A DNA stretch of 63,617 nt, filler included, from Octopus bimaculoides (lineage: Eukaryota): the NCBI RefSeq assembly GCF_001194135.2. It is 9 parts of 7 records of this genome, joined end to end, with 100 filler letters (N's around TTAATTAATTAA, not from the genome) between each part and the next. Parts side by side here need not be neighbours in the genome. Positions count along the whole stretch, not along the records: positions 50,909 to 56,577 come from NC_068989.1; positions 56,678 to 62,197 come from NC_068982.1; positions 62,298 to 63,617 come from NW_026314148.1; 6 more parts are not named here. One strand, given 5' to 3'. The position numbers and the translations under genes were made by a program. Under the pieces are notes generated by a model. The model ran no database searches. It worked only from the letters and a program-made list of their open reading frames with translations, and was not told the origin of the DNA. This document shows positions 51,038 to 63,579 of this stretch, one piece after another (within the stretch, counting starts at the first letter, position 1; each line of letters starts with the position of its first letter).

Positions 51038-54000
51038 AAACGAGTTGAGTATTGAGGAAATTTTTGATGAAAGGTGTTCCAACCGTGATTTTGTCGAATT
51101 ATGTTCATAGATGCATCGTGTGTTAACAGAGTTTTATTTAACGATATGTCTAACATTTTGTAGATTAGCACTTTCATCCTATAACTTCTTTCAAACTGAT
51201 GGTGTTAAATTTCAGAGAAAAATATAAATGCTCCTTCATTTCTGAAGTTTTGCCTTTATCGTGATGGATCTTTTCCATTTTAGGAGCAAAGAGGAACATG
51301 CATCGGGTAAATATCCGTTCATAAGTACTATATTTCTACTACCATCATATTAAGTAACACAATTTCCGCTGTGTGCTTATTTCATATTAAACACAGTAAC
51401 AGAGCTGTGGAACCTTCTATTCCATAAGAAGCATTTCAGGAAAGAATATGACAAAATTATGGAATTTTTACTGTTGATGTCACTGCAATCTGTTATTGAA
51501 ATTATATTATTATGGTGCCATCTGTTGAAGATCAATGAAAGAAAATTAGCCGAATAATCATGAGAAATTTAGCTATAATATTGGTGTTCTTAGTTGAGAT
51601 CAACATATTGTTATTGCGAGTCATGTCTTCGATTATTGATCTTGGATATACGGAACCTCTTTAACAAATATAATATCGTGATATTTTCACATCAAAGTAC
51701 CTGATATTTTAAACAGACCCGATAAATACAATAATCTTCAATAAATTCAATTTATTTAGTGTTGTTAACATTTCTAGCAGCCCAAATGTTGTAGAAGATA
51801 CACCTTCTAGCAAAATGATTTAGAGGATTTAATTTCATTCCTTTATGTTGTAGTATAAAATACTTCAGAATCGACTTTGATTTGCGTCTTCATAGGTCAA
51901 TACAATAAGCAACAGTCAAGTACTTAGGTCGATTTAATCGAATGTTCCGTCCCCCACCAAAATACGTGTGTCATTGTATTCATATAACAAATCAATATTT
52001 CTCGTTCCCCATTTTATTGATATGTTTGATAATGTTTTTTTTTCATATGATGTTGTTAATGGTTTGGTTGATGTGATTGTAAATTATTGTTGATATTGAT
52101 GTTGACGGAATAATTTGTACCACACTTTTCTCACTGAATTAATGTTTATTTTCCATTGATTTCTGTTGCAGTCTGGTCAAAGCGTTTTATCAATTCTTTC
52201 TTTTGAAGTTTAGTGTCCAACTGTTACTGTTATATTTGGCTAAAACAGACAAATTTCTACTGTTGAAGCACTATATTACATTTGGTTGTGTACAGTATTA
52301 TCCTTCGTACTACATGCTGCTGAATTCATTTTCTGTCTCTAAGATCAGACAAAACTGCATTTATTATGTCAAATTCAACAACGCCAATAATCTAGAAATA
52401 CCAGATTGTAATAAATTAACAATAAACTCGTCATATTATAAAGAGGTGCCTATATTACCGAGTACAATTCTTTTTATGTATATAGAATAATAAAAATATC
52501 GGGGAAGCCCAATGATTAGAGAATCAGAATTATGTTTATGTAATTTAATTTTCAACAAATGTATGATTTTTCTAATGTTGTAACACATTCAATATCATGT
52601 TGATCCCAAGTTAATAATGCTAAAAGCAGTAAAATTATAATTCCTTTCAAATATTACTATAATTCATATTTTCAAATAATAGCCAAGGGACAGGCAAAAT
52701 TAACATCAGTTTTTCCTACTGTAGGCATTTTATATATCCATAGCAATAATGGTTCAGCTTTGATCAAACATGTTTCAGAGAAGATTATCAAATTAGTTTT
52801 TCATATGGTTTATCTATATGGTGAACTGTGTCCTCCTGTTGCAATGATTTATTTTCTATAGTTGAATGTTATTCGCAAGGAATTTGGCTATTATTTTTAC
52901 ATGTCAAGCGACAATACTGAGGCATACTCAGGAAACAATTACCAGTATTATTTTAAAATATCTGCCACATCTAATGTGAAATCTGTGTGTTATATGTGCT
53001 GCTCATTTCTCGAAACCTGATAAAATAAGCACTATGTATATAATATATTTTTCTGGTAATCATTCTTTGTTACAAATGTTTAACGAATGACTATAACAAA
53101 CATCTTCATAGAGAAGTAAACAACAACGAAATTTGTTTTATTATTAAAACTTTCCTCCATATACAAATACAGCAATATCATTTACAACACACGGTTTCAC
53201 ATGGAGAATCATACAAAACAGGCAGAAATTATATCTTTTTTCATTCTATAACTGTTTGCAGAGACATTCGCGTTTTACTGCTGTGAAGTTTATAAAATAT
53301 GTACCAGTGACATATAGGTGCAAATATCGCTTTTTCCGACTCCACCTAAGCGTGTTACGCTTTTCACTAAGTCACTTGTATTCGGTTAATTAAAAATGAT
53401 AGCTTTTTCCTATAGCATTGAAAATTCTTCTGCTTAAGAAAAAAATCAATATTAGTCGAACCAATATTTTACTGTAGAAATATTCTATCTTTCCATTCCA
53501 TCTTCTGAATAAACTTTTATACACGATCATTTTATTTAGTAGTATATTCATTCACAAAGTTAACTTCCCCTATCAGAAAGATGCAAATCTGCATAACAGC
53601 ATCCATTTCTCTCGTCATAATTACCATATTTTCCTGTGTATAACTGATATTTATGTATGAGCTGGAGGCAATCTTTAGTTCCACAAGAATTCCAACGTAT
53701 TAATTTAGCTCTATAATCTGTAAACATGAATCAGAATGAGAGGTAGAAGAAACACACACATACAAATAATATGTGTGTGCGCGCGCGCGTGTGTGTATAC
53801 GTATGTAGATTCGAATAGAAAACAGATGAAAAACGAAAAAAAGTGCTTAGGTTTATGTTCTGTACTTCTTGCTTGCTATAAATGTGTGAGAGATCTAAAG
53901 GTGATATCAACCATAACACATTGTGGGTATGTAATTGATACGTATTAATATGTGCATGTATATAAATATTAAGGAATAGGTAGTAATTTATTTCAAGAAA

Positions 54001-54295
54001 TAGTGCCCTAAATCTACAGATTTATAACGTGTGATAATTTATAGTGAATTCTTGTACACCGTGTTGTAATGTATGATCTATGTCAACTCATAATAATAAT
54101 AATCATAGGAGAAAATTGACGGAATTAGATGATTAAAAACAAAAATAAAATAGTGGCAATTATTAAGGCTTGGAAACATTTGAAATTTTGAACATGTCTT
54201 TATACTCTAGTTTTAAAATATATACGTACATACGCACATGTATATGTATATATACATGTATGTGTGTGTATATATATATATATAAGGATTTACTT

Positions 54296-55130
54296 TTGTA
54301 ATGAGATAGAAAACCCAAGGCTGTGTATATTTTAGAACATTTATAAATAGTAGGTCTTACAGCTGTTTCCAGGATAATTATTATATCCCTTCATCGGAGA
54401 CGGTGTGAGAGGATGGTTAAGCAATAGTTAATTTAGTTAAGATAGGAAATAGAGAGTGAGTGCAAGGATATTGTATTTGTAAATCCATTGTTTAGGCAGA
54501 ATGGTATACATATAAAATTCCAAAACCTTCTGAGTAAAATCCAATAGTCCTAAAGATTGGTCATTGCATTTGTAAATCCATTATTAAGATTCCAATACCC
54601 TATGAGTAAAATCCAACAGACTTTGAAATTAGTCATTCCAAATATAGAGTTTATACAGTGTTGTTGAATCAAGGGTTATGTTTAAAGTGATCTAAAAGTA
54701 GGGAATGTATCAGTAAGGTCAAATCGCAAACAGGAAGAGGGGAATAAAGAAAGAGAGAGAGAGAAAAAAGAGGGAGAAAGAGAAGAAAAACGGATGAAAA
54801 TAATAAAAAGAATAAAGAAAAGAAAGGACAAAGGAATACAAAAATAGAGATAAGGGAAAGTGTACCAGATAGAGGTCAGTGATATAATAAGAAGGTAGGA
54901 AGAAGAAGATAAGGATGAAAGAGAGAGAAAGGTATTAGAGTGTAGAAATATAGAAGGAGTGGGGGGTTGGAGTGAGGGATACAAAGCTTTAAGGAGTGTC
55001 AGTTGCAGTGATTGATTCTAAATGATGGGGTAGAGAAAGGGTGTATTAGTATAGAGAGAAGAATTTAGGAATTTAGATGGCTGGGAAGGTCAGTACTAGT
55101 AGTCGAATAAAAACATGTGAGAATGTATAC
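54296..55130 (-). mobile_element. Penelope-like 3' end / pseudo-LTR remnant
   Basis: Minus strand: STDLPSHLNS-stop (resembles the P-x-GLN ending of GIY-YIG Penelope ORFs), then a long pyrimidine-rich tract, then a hammerhead motif. Confidence 0.55.
54354..54401 (-). ncRNA. type I minimal hammerhead ribozyme (C at position 4)
   Basis: GTCT-CCGATGA-AGGGATA-TAATAAT-TATCCTG-GAAAC-AGCT-GTA-AGAC: stem I GTCT/AGAC, stem II GGATA/TATCC, stem III AC/GT with palindromic AGCT loop, GUA cleavage triplet. Confidence 0.7.
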
Positions 55131-55648
55131 ATTAGACATGTATATATATATATATATACATATATANNNNNNNNNNNNNNNNNNNNNNNNNNNNNNNNNN
55201 NNNNNNNNNNNNNNNNNNNNNNNNNNNNNNNNNNNNNNNNNNNNNNNNNNNNNNNNNNNNNNNNNNNNNNNNNNNNNNNNNNNNNNNNNNNNNNNNNNNN
55301 NNNNNNNNNNNNNNNNNNNNNNNNNNNNNNNNNNNNNNNNNNNNNNNNNNNNNNNNNNNNNNNNNNNNNNNNNNNNNNNNNNNNNNNNNNNNNNNNNNNN
55401 NNNNNNNNNNNNNNNNNNNNNNNNNNNNNNNNNNNNNNNNNNNNNNNNNNNNNNNNNNNNNNNNNNNNNNNNNNNNNNNNNNNNNNNNNNNNNNNNNNNN
55501 NNNNNNNNNNNNNNNNNNNNNNNNNNNNNNNNNNNNNNNNNNNNNNNNNNNNNNNNNNNNNNNNNNNNNNNNNNNNNNNNNNNNNNNNNNNNNNNNNNNN
55601 NNNNNNNNNNNNNNNNNNNNNNNNNNNNNNNNNNNNNNNNNNNNNNNA

Positions 55649-56221
55649 ATAAAATTAGTGCCGTTGTTTGTCAACAAAAACTATCCGTTGTCAACAACAA
55701 CTATCAGCGGTATATATTTCGGTCGTCACTGTTATTTATGACATCGTTCGTGCGTTTGTACTTTCTTTAGCTTTAAGGTTTTAGGGTTAGGGTTCGGGTT
55801 TTAGAGTTAGGGTTATGATTATTTTTGCCATAACCTTAACCCTAACCCTAAAACCCTATAACTCATAACCATAACCCTAACCCTAACCCCAACCCTAACC
55901 CTAAAACCCTAACCATAATTCTAAAACCCGAACCCTAACCCTAAAACCCTAAACCCTTACTAGGGAATAGTGGTATAATTAAACAGGGAATAACACACTT
56001 GACACCGAACAGCACTAACTGTATTCAGCTGAATAGACGTCAGTGATTGGTTGAAATTACAGAAATACGAAAACTTTAACATAAAATAACTTGCGATGTA
56101 CACTTTTTTGTTAAGAAGGCTAAGAGAAAAAGTTGTTTTATATGACACATTCTACGAATGTCCCAAGTTTGAATGTGTTTCGTTAAGAAAACAAGTGTTG
56201 TCCGTCAAACCAAAAAGATCC
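55649..56221. mobile_element. unclassified interspersed element containing inverted telomere-like repeats
   Basis: TTAGGG/TTTTAGGG block then CCCTAA block at 55777-55957. The element boundaries are my estimate. Confidence 0.45.
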
Positions 56222-58222
56222 CATACATATATTCACATCTACACACACATACATATGTACACACATACATATACACGCACATATGCACGGATGCACGCGC
56301 ACACGAATATAATTAGATGGTTGTGAAATCCGAGTATCATTATGAGTGAGGGGTTAAATAGGGATTAGCTGTTAAAATATAGATTTATAAGGTCATAGGG
56401 ATTACCTAAGGGGTATTGTGGAAATGTACTGTATGGTCATTTTGGCATTTGGATTTGTGGTAGAATTTGAATGTGTGAAAAAGCGGTGATTACATGTGTT
56501 TAGTGCCTCATTATGTTTATTTAGCAGAGCTGGAGAGTTTTGCATTAATATGTGAGGTGCCTCCTTCAGGCAAAGACNNNNNNNNNNNNNNNNNNNNNNN
56601 NNNNNNNNNNNNNNNNNNNNNTTAATTAATTAANNNNNNNNNNNNNNNNNNNNNNNNNNNNNNNNNNNNNNNNNNNNATATATATATATATTCATATGCA
56701 TATATATATATATATTCATATGCATATATATATATATATTCATATGCATATATATATATATATATATAAAGTATATATGCACACACGTACGTATACAGCC
56801 ACATACATGCATATCCATATATATAGATATATTATGATTATTACTTATATAAATAATCTATTGCCAAACGAAACGAACTTAAATTCAATTTACATTGCTT
56901 ACTTAAGTTTTGAAATTGGAAAAGTGTTTGCGTTACAAATATATGATTAAATAGTATATCTGGTTTAAGTGCTTAATTTTCTTTTAAGCATGAAAAATTG
57001 CATTGTATGCGAGTGTGGGTGTGTGTGTTCAAAATTATTTAATTTGGGGGGGCAATCAAAAGAATTTACGATACAACTTTCTTTGGAATGTAGTCACGTG
57101 ACTTCTACGCATTCCAGCAAAAAGAATAAAAATTACAGCTTGTCGCTCGTCGACTTAGATTTCAAAATTCTTCAAAGATTAGCCGAGTACTTTTAGATGT
57201 ATTGTCATAGTATTTACGTTTTTATTCAAGTTTTTCTTCTTTTTTCTTTTTTGTTATATAGTTTACAGGAAATGAAGTTACTGAAGCGCAAACATCTAAA
57301 AACAAACATGTTTATTTGACAGAGTGTTTTTCAATATCATTTTTAAAATATCAATATCTTCGCTCTTTTTATATTATTTGATTCTCTTTACTAATCGAAA
57401 CCAAATTTAAAATCTACGAAAACAATTTCAACAGCATAAAATAGAAAATGAAATTGTTTAAGGAAATTATTGCCCTAACGACTTCCAACTCATTTATATA
57501 TTTAATTAACGAGTGAAAAAGTATGAATGTTCCATAGCCTTATACTTTGTAACCAAGCACCCTTTACATGTCCGAAGATAAGTGAAGGATAGATTTCGTT
57601 GTGGTGTGTAGTTAACTGTGTCGATACTGACACATGTATTTTAGCTTATCAATATACTTTTATTGGTGCCCACTTACCCAATGAAAATTAGGACTTACAT
57701 CATAGTGAGACAAATTTAACTGCAGCACGACATTGCAAGAATTCTACTACCACGGATATGATATACTAAATAGCTGTGTAGTGAAGGAGTTCACTTCGTG
57801 GTTATGGGTTCGATCTCTTGTTGCTCTAATTTGACCTAGTTTTTTTCTGTGATTGATATATAACTAACACACACACACACATGTATTAGAATGGGGAAAA
57901 TGAATAGATAACACATGTGGTATCACTGTGTAGCATGGAATTTATAATTTAAACGTAATTGTACAGTTGTTGGTTAGAGTAAACGGTATCATAAATGAAG
58001 GAGTTAGAAGTTGTACTTTAGAGCAACCGTTAATTTTACCTGATCTCTTTTACTTCTCTGCACTAAAGCCTTACTCTTTGATACTTTCCACAATACATCG
58101 TGCTTAAATCACAATGCTAAACTGCTAATGCCAGAAGACTTTATCTTGTTCGCAAACCTGAAACGCATCCCACTTATTTTTGGCTCTCTGATTATTCTAA
58201 CCCACACTGGACGTCGCTACTA

Positions 58223-58688
58223 TTGGATTCACGAATAATTCATGAGCGTGTTTTTTTTTTTTCAAATTTAAAAAATGCACGCAGAAATAAAGCGCATTGG
58301 CAAAATGTTCCATGTTATTTAAAAAAAGAATTTTTTGCTCTACAAGATTTTGATTTTTTAATTTTATTGATTTTTTTGTATTTCCATATCATTAAAATGG
58401 AATGTCAAGTGGACAAAACTGAGCATTTTCGACACCATTTCCTTTTTGCATTTAATCGATGTGTTAAGGCCGCCGAGGCTGCTCGTGAGATTTGTGCTGT
58501 GAATGAAAAAGGAGTAATGCCTCAAAGTACCTCCCTGCCGTTGGTTTTCGTGCTCCAAAGATGGGAATTTTGACCTCAAGGACGGATCACACACTAATTG
58601 AGTTCGATGAAGAATGATTGAATCAACTTCTTCACGAAAATCCAAGCCAGACGACTAGATAATTGAAGGAGCAGATGGATTGTGACAG
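58223..58688 (+). mobile_element. mariner remnant of a second family (5' end and HTH)
   Basis: ATG at 58397: MECQVDKTEHFRHHFLFAFNRCVKAAEAAREICAV, then frameshifted DLKDGSH..EFDEE.LNQLLHENPSQTTR.LKEQMDCD. Confidence 0.9.
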
Positions 58689-58750
58689 AAAATAAAATAC
58701 CGAGGTGAACCACTGTAGGATTCAGGGAAGCTATTTTTCGTTATTGCGGT

Positions 58751-58863
58751 ATAGCACAGTTGTGCTATGGCAACTTCAGCCAATCAGAGCTGAGCGCGTA
58801 TTAATATCAGAAGCAGTTATCCGCCCTATAGATAAGCGCGCGTTTTTTAACAGTCAGCGGAAG
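58751..58863 (+). promoter_or_regulatory. candidate promoter motif cluster (CCAAT box, GC box, ETS core)
   Basis: AGCCAATCAG 58778-58787, CCGCCC 58821-58826, CGGAAG 58858-58863, locally CpG-rich. Confidence 0.25.
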
Positions 58864-59626
58864 AACACGAGACGAATTATGTCGGTTCTTGAAGTCAGTA
58901 TCTGCCTTTTATCTTTCTCACGAACTTAGTGCCGCAAACGCCTGAATTATATTAAACACTCAACGCTGACCGCATCATGTACACCCTATTTCCTTTGTCT
59001 CAACTTTGCATTGCGAGCACCTTTCCAGTTAGTCCATATCAACACAACGCTGTGTATTTATGTATGTACTTGTATATGAAAAATAATGGTTGCACATGGG
59101 TGTGTGTGTATTTAGGTATATACGTGTATATGAAAGATAATGTGTGGTGTATATGAAAGATAATGTGGTGTGTGTGCGAGCGTGTTCCGCTTTATACATT
59201 TGTATTCAGTCACGTACACCTATTAGTTTTTAAATATACGTACATACATAAATATACTCACCACACGCACGCATTCCCATTATCGTTCATAACACGTACA
59301 TACATAAATACACACATGTACACCCATTATCTTTCGTAGACACATGCATGTATACGTCTGTTTCACTTTCCATCTTCAAAGCAAATGTCACCTTCGACAT
59401 CATGAAACTAAAAGTTTTTTAAAAAAGTTTTCACGGAAACTAACGAACGAACATTTGCGAAAATTTGATAGTTCGGAGGCCAATTTCGAGTGATTGCCTT
59501 TCCGTCTAAGCTAGCTTCGTCTCTGCTCTCTTTTTACGGCTTTCAACTAAATCATTTGTTCACTTGTAAGTTTTATCGCTTTCTCTGCCTCCTACACATA
59601 CGCCCGCCTAATAGATATATATATAT

Positions 59627-60495
59627 ACTAGCTGACGAACCCGGGAAAGCGGGGCTTATCCCTTGGTTCCGTTCTCCTAATTGTTTTGCTAATCCAATAA
59701 CAACAAAACAAACTCTGTAGCCCTTACAACTGTTTTTGTGTATTTACAGAGAATACCGAAATATCTTACGCAGGATCTTGTTTTTAGGAATTCCCAATAA
59801 GTTATGAATACCCAAATTGTGAAGTCAGTTATGTAATAACATGAAATTAGTTACCCGATAGTAAGAATTCAAATAAAGTATCCCTGGAAAGGGCTTTAAT
59901 GCGTTCCCAGAGTATATAGAACTTAGGAGGAAATACCAATAAGGTATGTATACTAAAATTGTGAAGTATGTTACGTATTACGTAACATGCTAATCAGATA
60001 TGAGATACCAATTCAAAGTAAATAACTCTGAAAAGGGCTTTTGTGCGTTCGCCTATATTACCCTCAGCTACGCTAGTGTTGGTACATTCGTGAATAAGTT
60101 ATTAACCGAAATAAGTGGATCTATTGTTTAGGAAAATACTATTTACTTGTTTAAGTGTTGTACAGGATAAATTGCGAAAATAACTCTAACAGTTCCAATA
60201 CTAAGAAATAAGCCTGCTCAATTTGATTTAGGAAAATGAGTGGGTTATTTCCCTTGGCTGTTAAAATGAAATAAATTAGATATATTCCAGGGGCCCTATT
60301 ATCGAATTTTTCAACAATCTGAGTATGCCATGAAGTTTCCAGACATGGATTCGACTCTCGTATCAATTTTCATGAAAATCGGTAAAAATAAGGGATTTGC
60401 AGCATATTAGATCAGGGTACTTGATTCCACGCAAAAGAAACCCGAGTTTTTTTGTTTTTTTTTCCTTAATGAAAATCGTGTAGGTGAAAGGATTA
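59627..60495 (-). mobile_element. non-autonomous Helitron-like element
   Basis: Minus-strand 3' end: GC hairpin (CCCG-CTTTCC-CGGG) 8 nt before CTAG followed by T. Internal ~145-bp tandem duplication (about 59791-59915 and 59935-60055). Far boundary uncertain. Confidence 0.55.
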
Positions 60496-60502
60496 AATAA
60501 TA

Positions 60503-60740
60503 CCGTGTCTGAAAGAAGCCCGTCAGTTATATATGTGTGTGTGTGTTTGTCTCCCCCCCCCCCAACATTGCTTGACAACCGATGTTGGTATGTTTGCGTC
60601 GTTGTAACAGCAGTTCGGCAAAATTGACCGATAGAATAAGTACTAGGCTTACAAAGAATAAGTGCTAGGGTCGGTTTGCTCGACTAAAGGCGGTGCTCCA
60701 GCATGGCCGCGGTCAAAATGACAGAAACAAGCAAAAGATT
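60503..60740 (+). mobile_element. SINE family B 3' part (repeated at 60883-61066 across a gap)
   Basis: CTGAAAGAAGCCCGTC..GGCGGTGCTCCAGCATGGCCGCGGTCAAAATGACAGAAACAAG. Confidence 0.85.
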
Positions 60741-61677
60741 GTGTGCGTGCATGTATGTATGTAGTGTATGTATGTGTGCGCTCGCGTGCATGCGTATGGA
60801 CAAACAAACGAAGAAATCCTATATGCAGTTGCTTTATTTGCTAGAAATAGTAGCAGGATGTTCCTGAAATCANNNNNNNNNNTTCGGCAAAATTGACCGA
60901 TAGAATAAGTACTAGGCTTACAAAGAATAAGTGCTAGGGTCGGTTTGCTCGACTAAAGGCGGTGCTCCAGCATGGCCGCGGTCAAAATGACAGAAACAAG
61001 CAAAAGATTGTGTGCGTGCATGTATGTATGTAGTGTATGTATGTGTGCGCTCGCGTGCATGCGTATNNNNNNNNNNCTGAATAATATAATCATCCATACA
61101 CTAAGTTTAAAAAACAGAAAAAAAAAAGATGGGCTGGTCACAGTTGGAGTGCTTTTCGTCGTAGATCTGTAGAATTAAGACTAGTTTAGCTAGTGTATAA
61201 TTAACGTTAGTAGGGAAGAGTTTAATTTTTATATATTTTCCTTGCGAAAGAAAAGGTAAATTTTCAGATTAACACCCACCCGATTTTCACTAGGGTGTTA
61301 GGGTTACGGTTTTAGGGTCAGGGTTAGGGTTAGTTGATGTGCAACTAGTATATATATTTTAAAAAACTAAAGAAGGTCAGAGTCGTTCGCCATATCACGA
61401 AGATGCCATAGGTTTATTTTGTTCAACCCGGACTGTCCTAAGGCTAAACAGCAACTATTGTTTTTGTTTCTGAAGAAATGTTGATCCTCATCCTACGCAT
61501 GCGTCAGGGAAATTCTTTCGTCTGCTACATACAATCCCTCCGACATGAAAAGACGCTAATGCTGCTTACTTCTCACAAATTTCATAACAGCTCAGCTTAA
61601 ATATCTTGTCCAGTCTTCTTAACTTTTATTTCAGTAAAAAACTCACGTTTCTACAAAAGAAAAATCATGATATATCG

Positions 61678-61758
61678 ATGCAGGTGCTTTTCTCCCTCTC
61701 TCTTCTGATATTTTTCATGCAATCATCTAATACAGTAACTTCAACACTGTACGAAATG
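61678..61758 (+). CDS. candidate first coding exon with signal-peptide-like N-terminus (MQVLFSLSLLIFFMQSSNTVTSTLYEM)
   Basis: Upstream acceptor aacttttatttcag at 61634, perfect donor GTGAGT at 61759. The hydrophobic stretch could instead be an intronic pyrimidine tract. Confidence 0.3.
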
Positions 61759-61893
61759 GTGAGTTTACGTTCTAGTCGTATTTGTTGATTTTGTTTTCTT
61801 GTTTTGTACTCATTTTTGCAAGCACTCATGTCTGACATTTCTTCCTTCTGAGAAAAGTTGACCAAATATCAGATATATATTCCGAGTATTCAT

Positions 61894-62197
61894 GACTCGC
61901 GGTCATAGGATCGCGGTTTCGATTCCCAGACCAGGCGTTGTGAGTGTTTATTGAGCGAAAACACCTAAAGCACCACGAGGCACCGGCAGGGGATGGTGGC
62001 GAACCCTGCTGTACTCTTTCACCACAACTTTCTCTCACTCTTAGTTTCTGTTGTGCCTGTAATTCAAAGGGTCAGCCTTGTCACACTGTGTCACGCTGAA
62101 TATCCCCCGAGAACTACGTTAAGGGTACACGTGTCTGTGGAGTGCTCAGCCACTTGCGCGTTAATTTCACGAGCAGGCTGTTCCGTTGATCGGATCA
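61894..62197 (+). mobile_element. SINE family C, 5' clipped, runs into a gap
   Basis: Near-identical to 11409-11791. Confidence 0.88.
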
Positions 62198-62297
62198 NNN
62201 NNNNNNNNNNNNNNNNNNNNNNNNNNNNNNNNNNNNNNNNNTTAATTAATTAANNNNNNNNNNNNNNNNNNNNNNNNNNNNNNNNNNNNNNNNNNNN

Positions 62298-63209
62298 AGT
62301 TGGATTTAAGAAGCATCAGATGTGGTGTGCAAGAGAGACGACTGCGCAGGTATGGTTATGTGTTGCGAATGGATGAAGACGGCTGTGTGAAAAAGTGTCA
62401 AACCCTAGTAATTGAGGGAACCTGTGGAAGAGGTAGACCCAGGAAAACCTGGGATGAGGTGGTGAAGCATGACCTTTGAACATTGGGCCTTACCAAGGCA
62501 ATGACTAGTGACCGGGACCTTTGGAGATATGCTGTGCTTGAGAAGACCCGACAAGCCAAGTGAGACCATAGCCCATGGCCTATGCCAGTGGGTGTAACGA
62601 GCCCATTTATGAATACCCCTCATTCATTGGACAATAAACCTTGCTCGCAAAGACCTATTGAAGCAAGTGAAATCAAAATCAAAATTGCTGACATGGCCGA
62701 TGACAGTACCGCCTGATTGGCACTCATGCCAGTGGAACATTAAAAGCACATCCGAAAGTGGGGTGTAACCGACCCACTTATGAGTACCCCTCATTCATTG
62801 GACAATGAACTTTGCTTGTGAAGACCTATTGAGGCAAGTGTAAACAAACCAAAATCACTGACATGACCGACAGTACCACCTGATTAGCTCTCGTGCCAGT
62901 GAAATGTTAAAAGCACATTCAAGCATGATCATTGCCAAGGCCATGGATTGGCACCTGTGCAGGTAACACGTAAAAACACCTTTTGTGTGTGAGCATGGTC
63001 GTTGCCAAAACCGCCTGACTGGCTCTCGTGCTGGTGTCACATAAAAAGCACCCACTACACTCCCGGAGTGGTTGGCATTAGGAAGGGCATCCAGCTGTAG
63101 AAACTTTGCAAGACCAGATTGAGCCTGGTGCAGCCTCTGGCTCACCAGTCCTCAGTCAAACTGTCCAAGCCATGCCAGCATGGAAAGCAGGTGTTAAATG
63201 ATGATGATG
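62298..63209 (+). mobile_element. RTE-clade LINE 3' end (ORF2 C-terminus plus 3' UTR with internal ~170-bp duplication)
   Basis: RLRRYGYVLRMDEDGCVKKCQTLVIEGTCGRGRPRKTWDEVVKHDL..SDRDLWRYAVLEKTRQAK-stop. UTR repeats at about 62590-62752 and 62761-62920; (ATG)n tail. Confidence 0.88.
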
Positions 63210-63579
63210 TGTATGCCATAAAGTCAATGTTCTTCTTTCATAGAGAGCGTGAAAACTATGTTTGTCTATATATATCATAGATAAAGAATGTGTGTTTGTG
63301 TTGATTGGCATACCATGACATTCGATATATGTGAATGTATTCTGTATGTGTGTATGCATATTCACATCATGGAAGCCATGTTTTTTTCATCAAGCAATAA
63401 CAAACAAAGAGTGTGTTTAATCATTTTCATTAATAAATAGAGGTCCAAATATCACAAACATTTGTACTGCACTGCCGATGGTAAGTATGAAAATAAATAC
63501 ACAAAATAAATCAAGACAAAATATACTATTTCTGAGATATTTCGGGTACAAACAAGCATCTCTTGAGTTTCAGTATTAT

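Noticed and set aside
60614-61066. Exact ~185-bp duplication of a SINE tail around short gaps
   Set aside because: Assembly overlap artefact.
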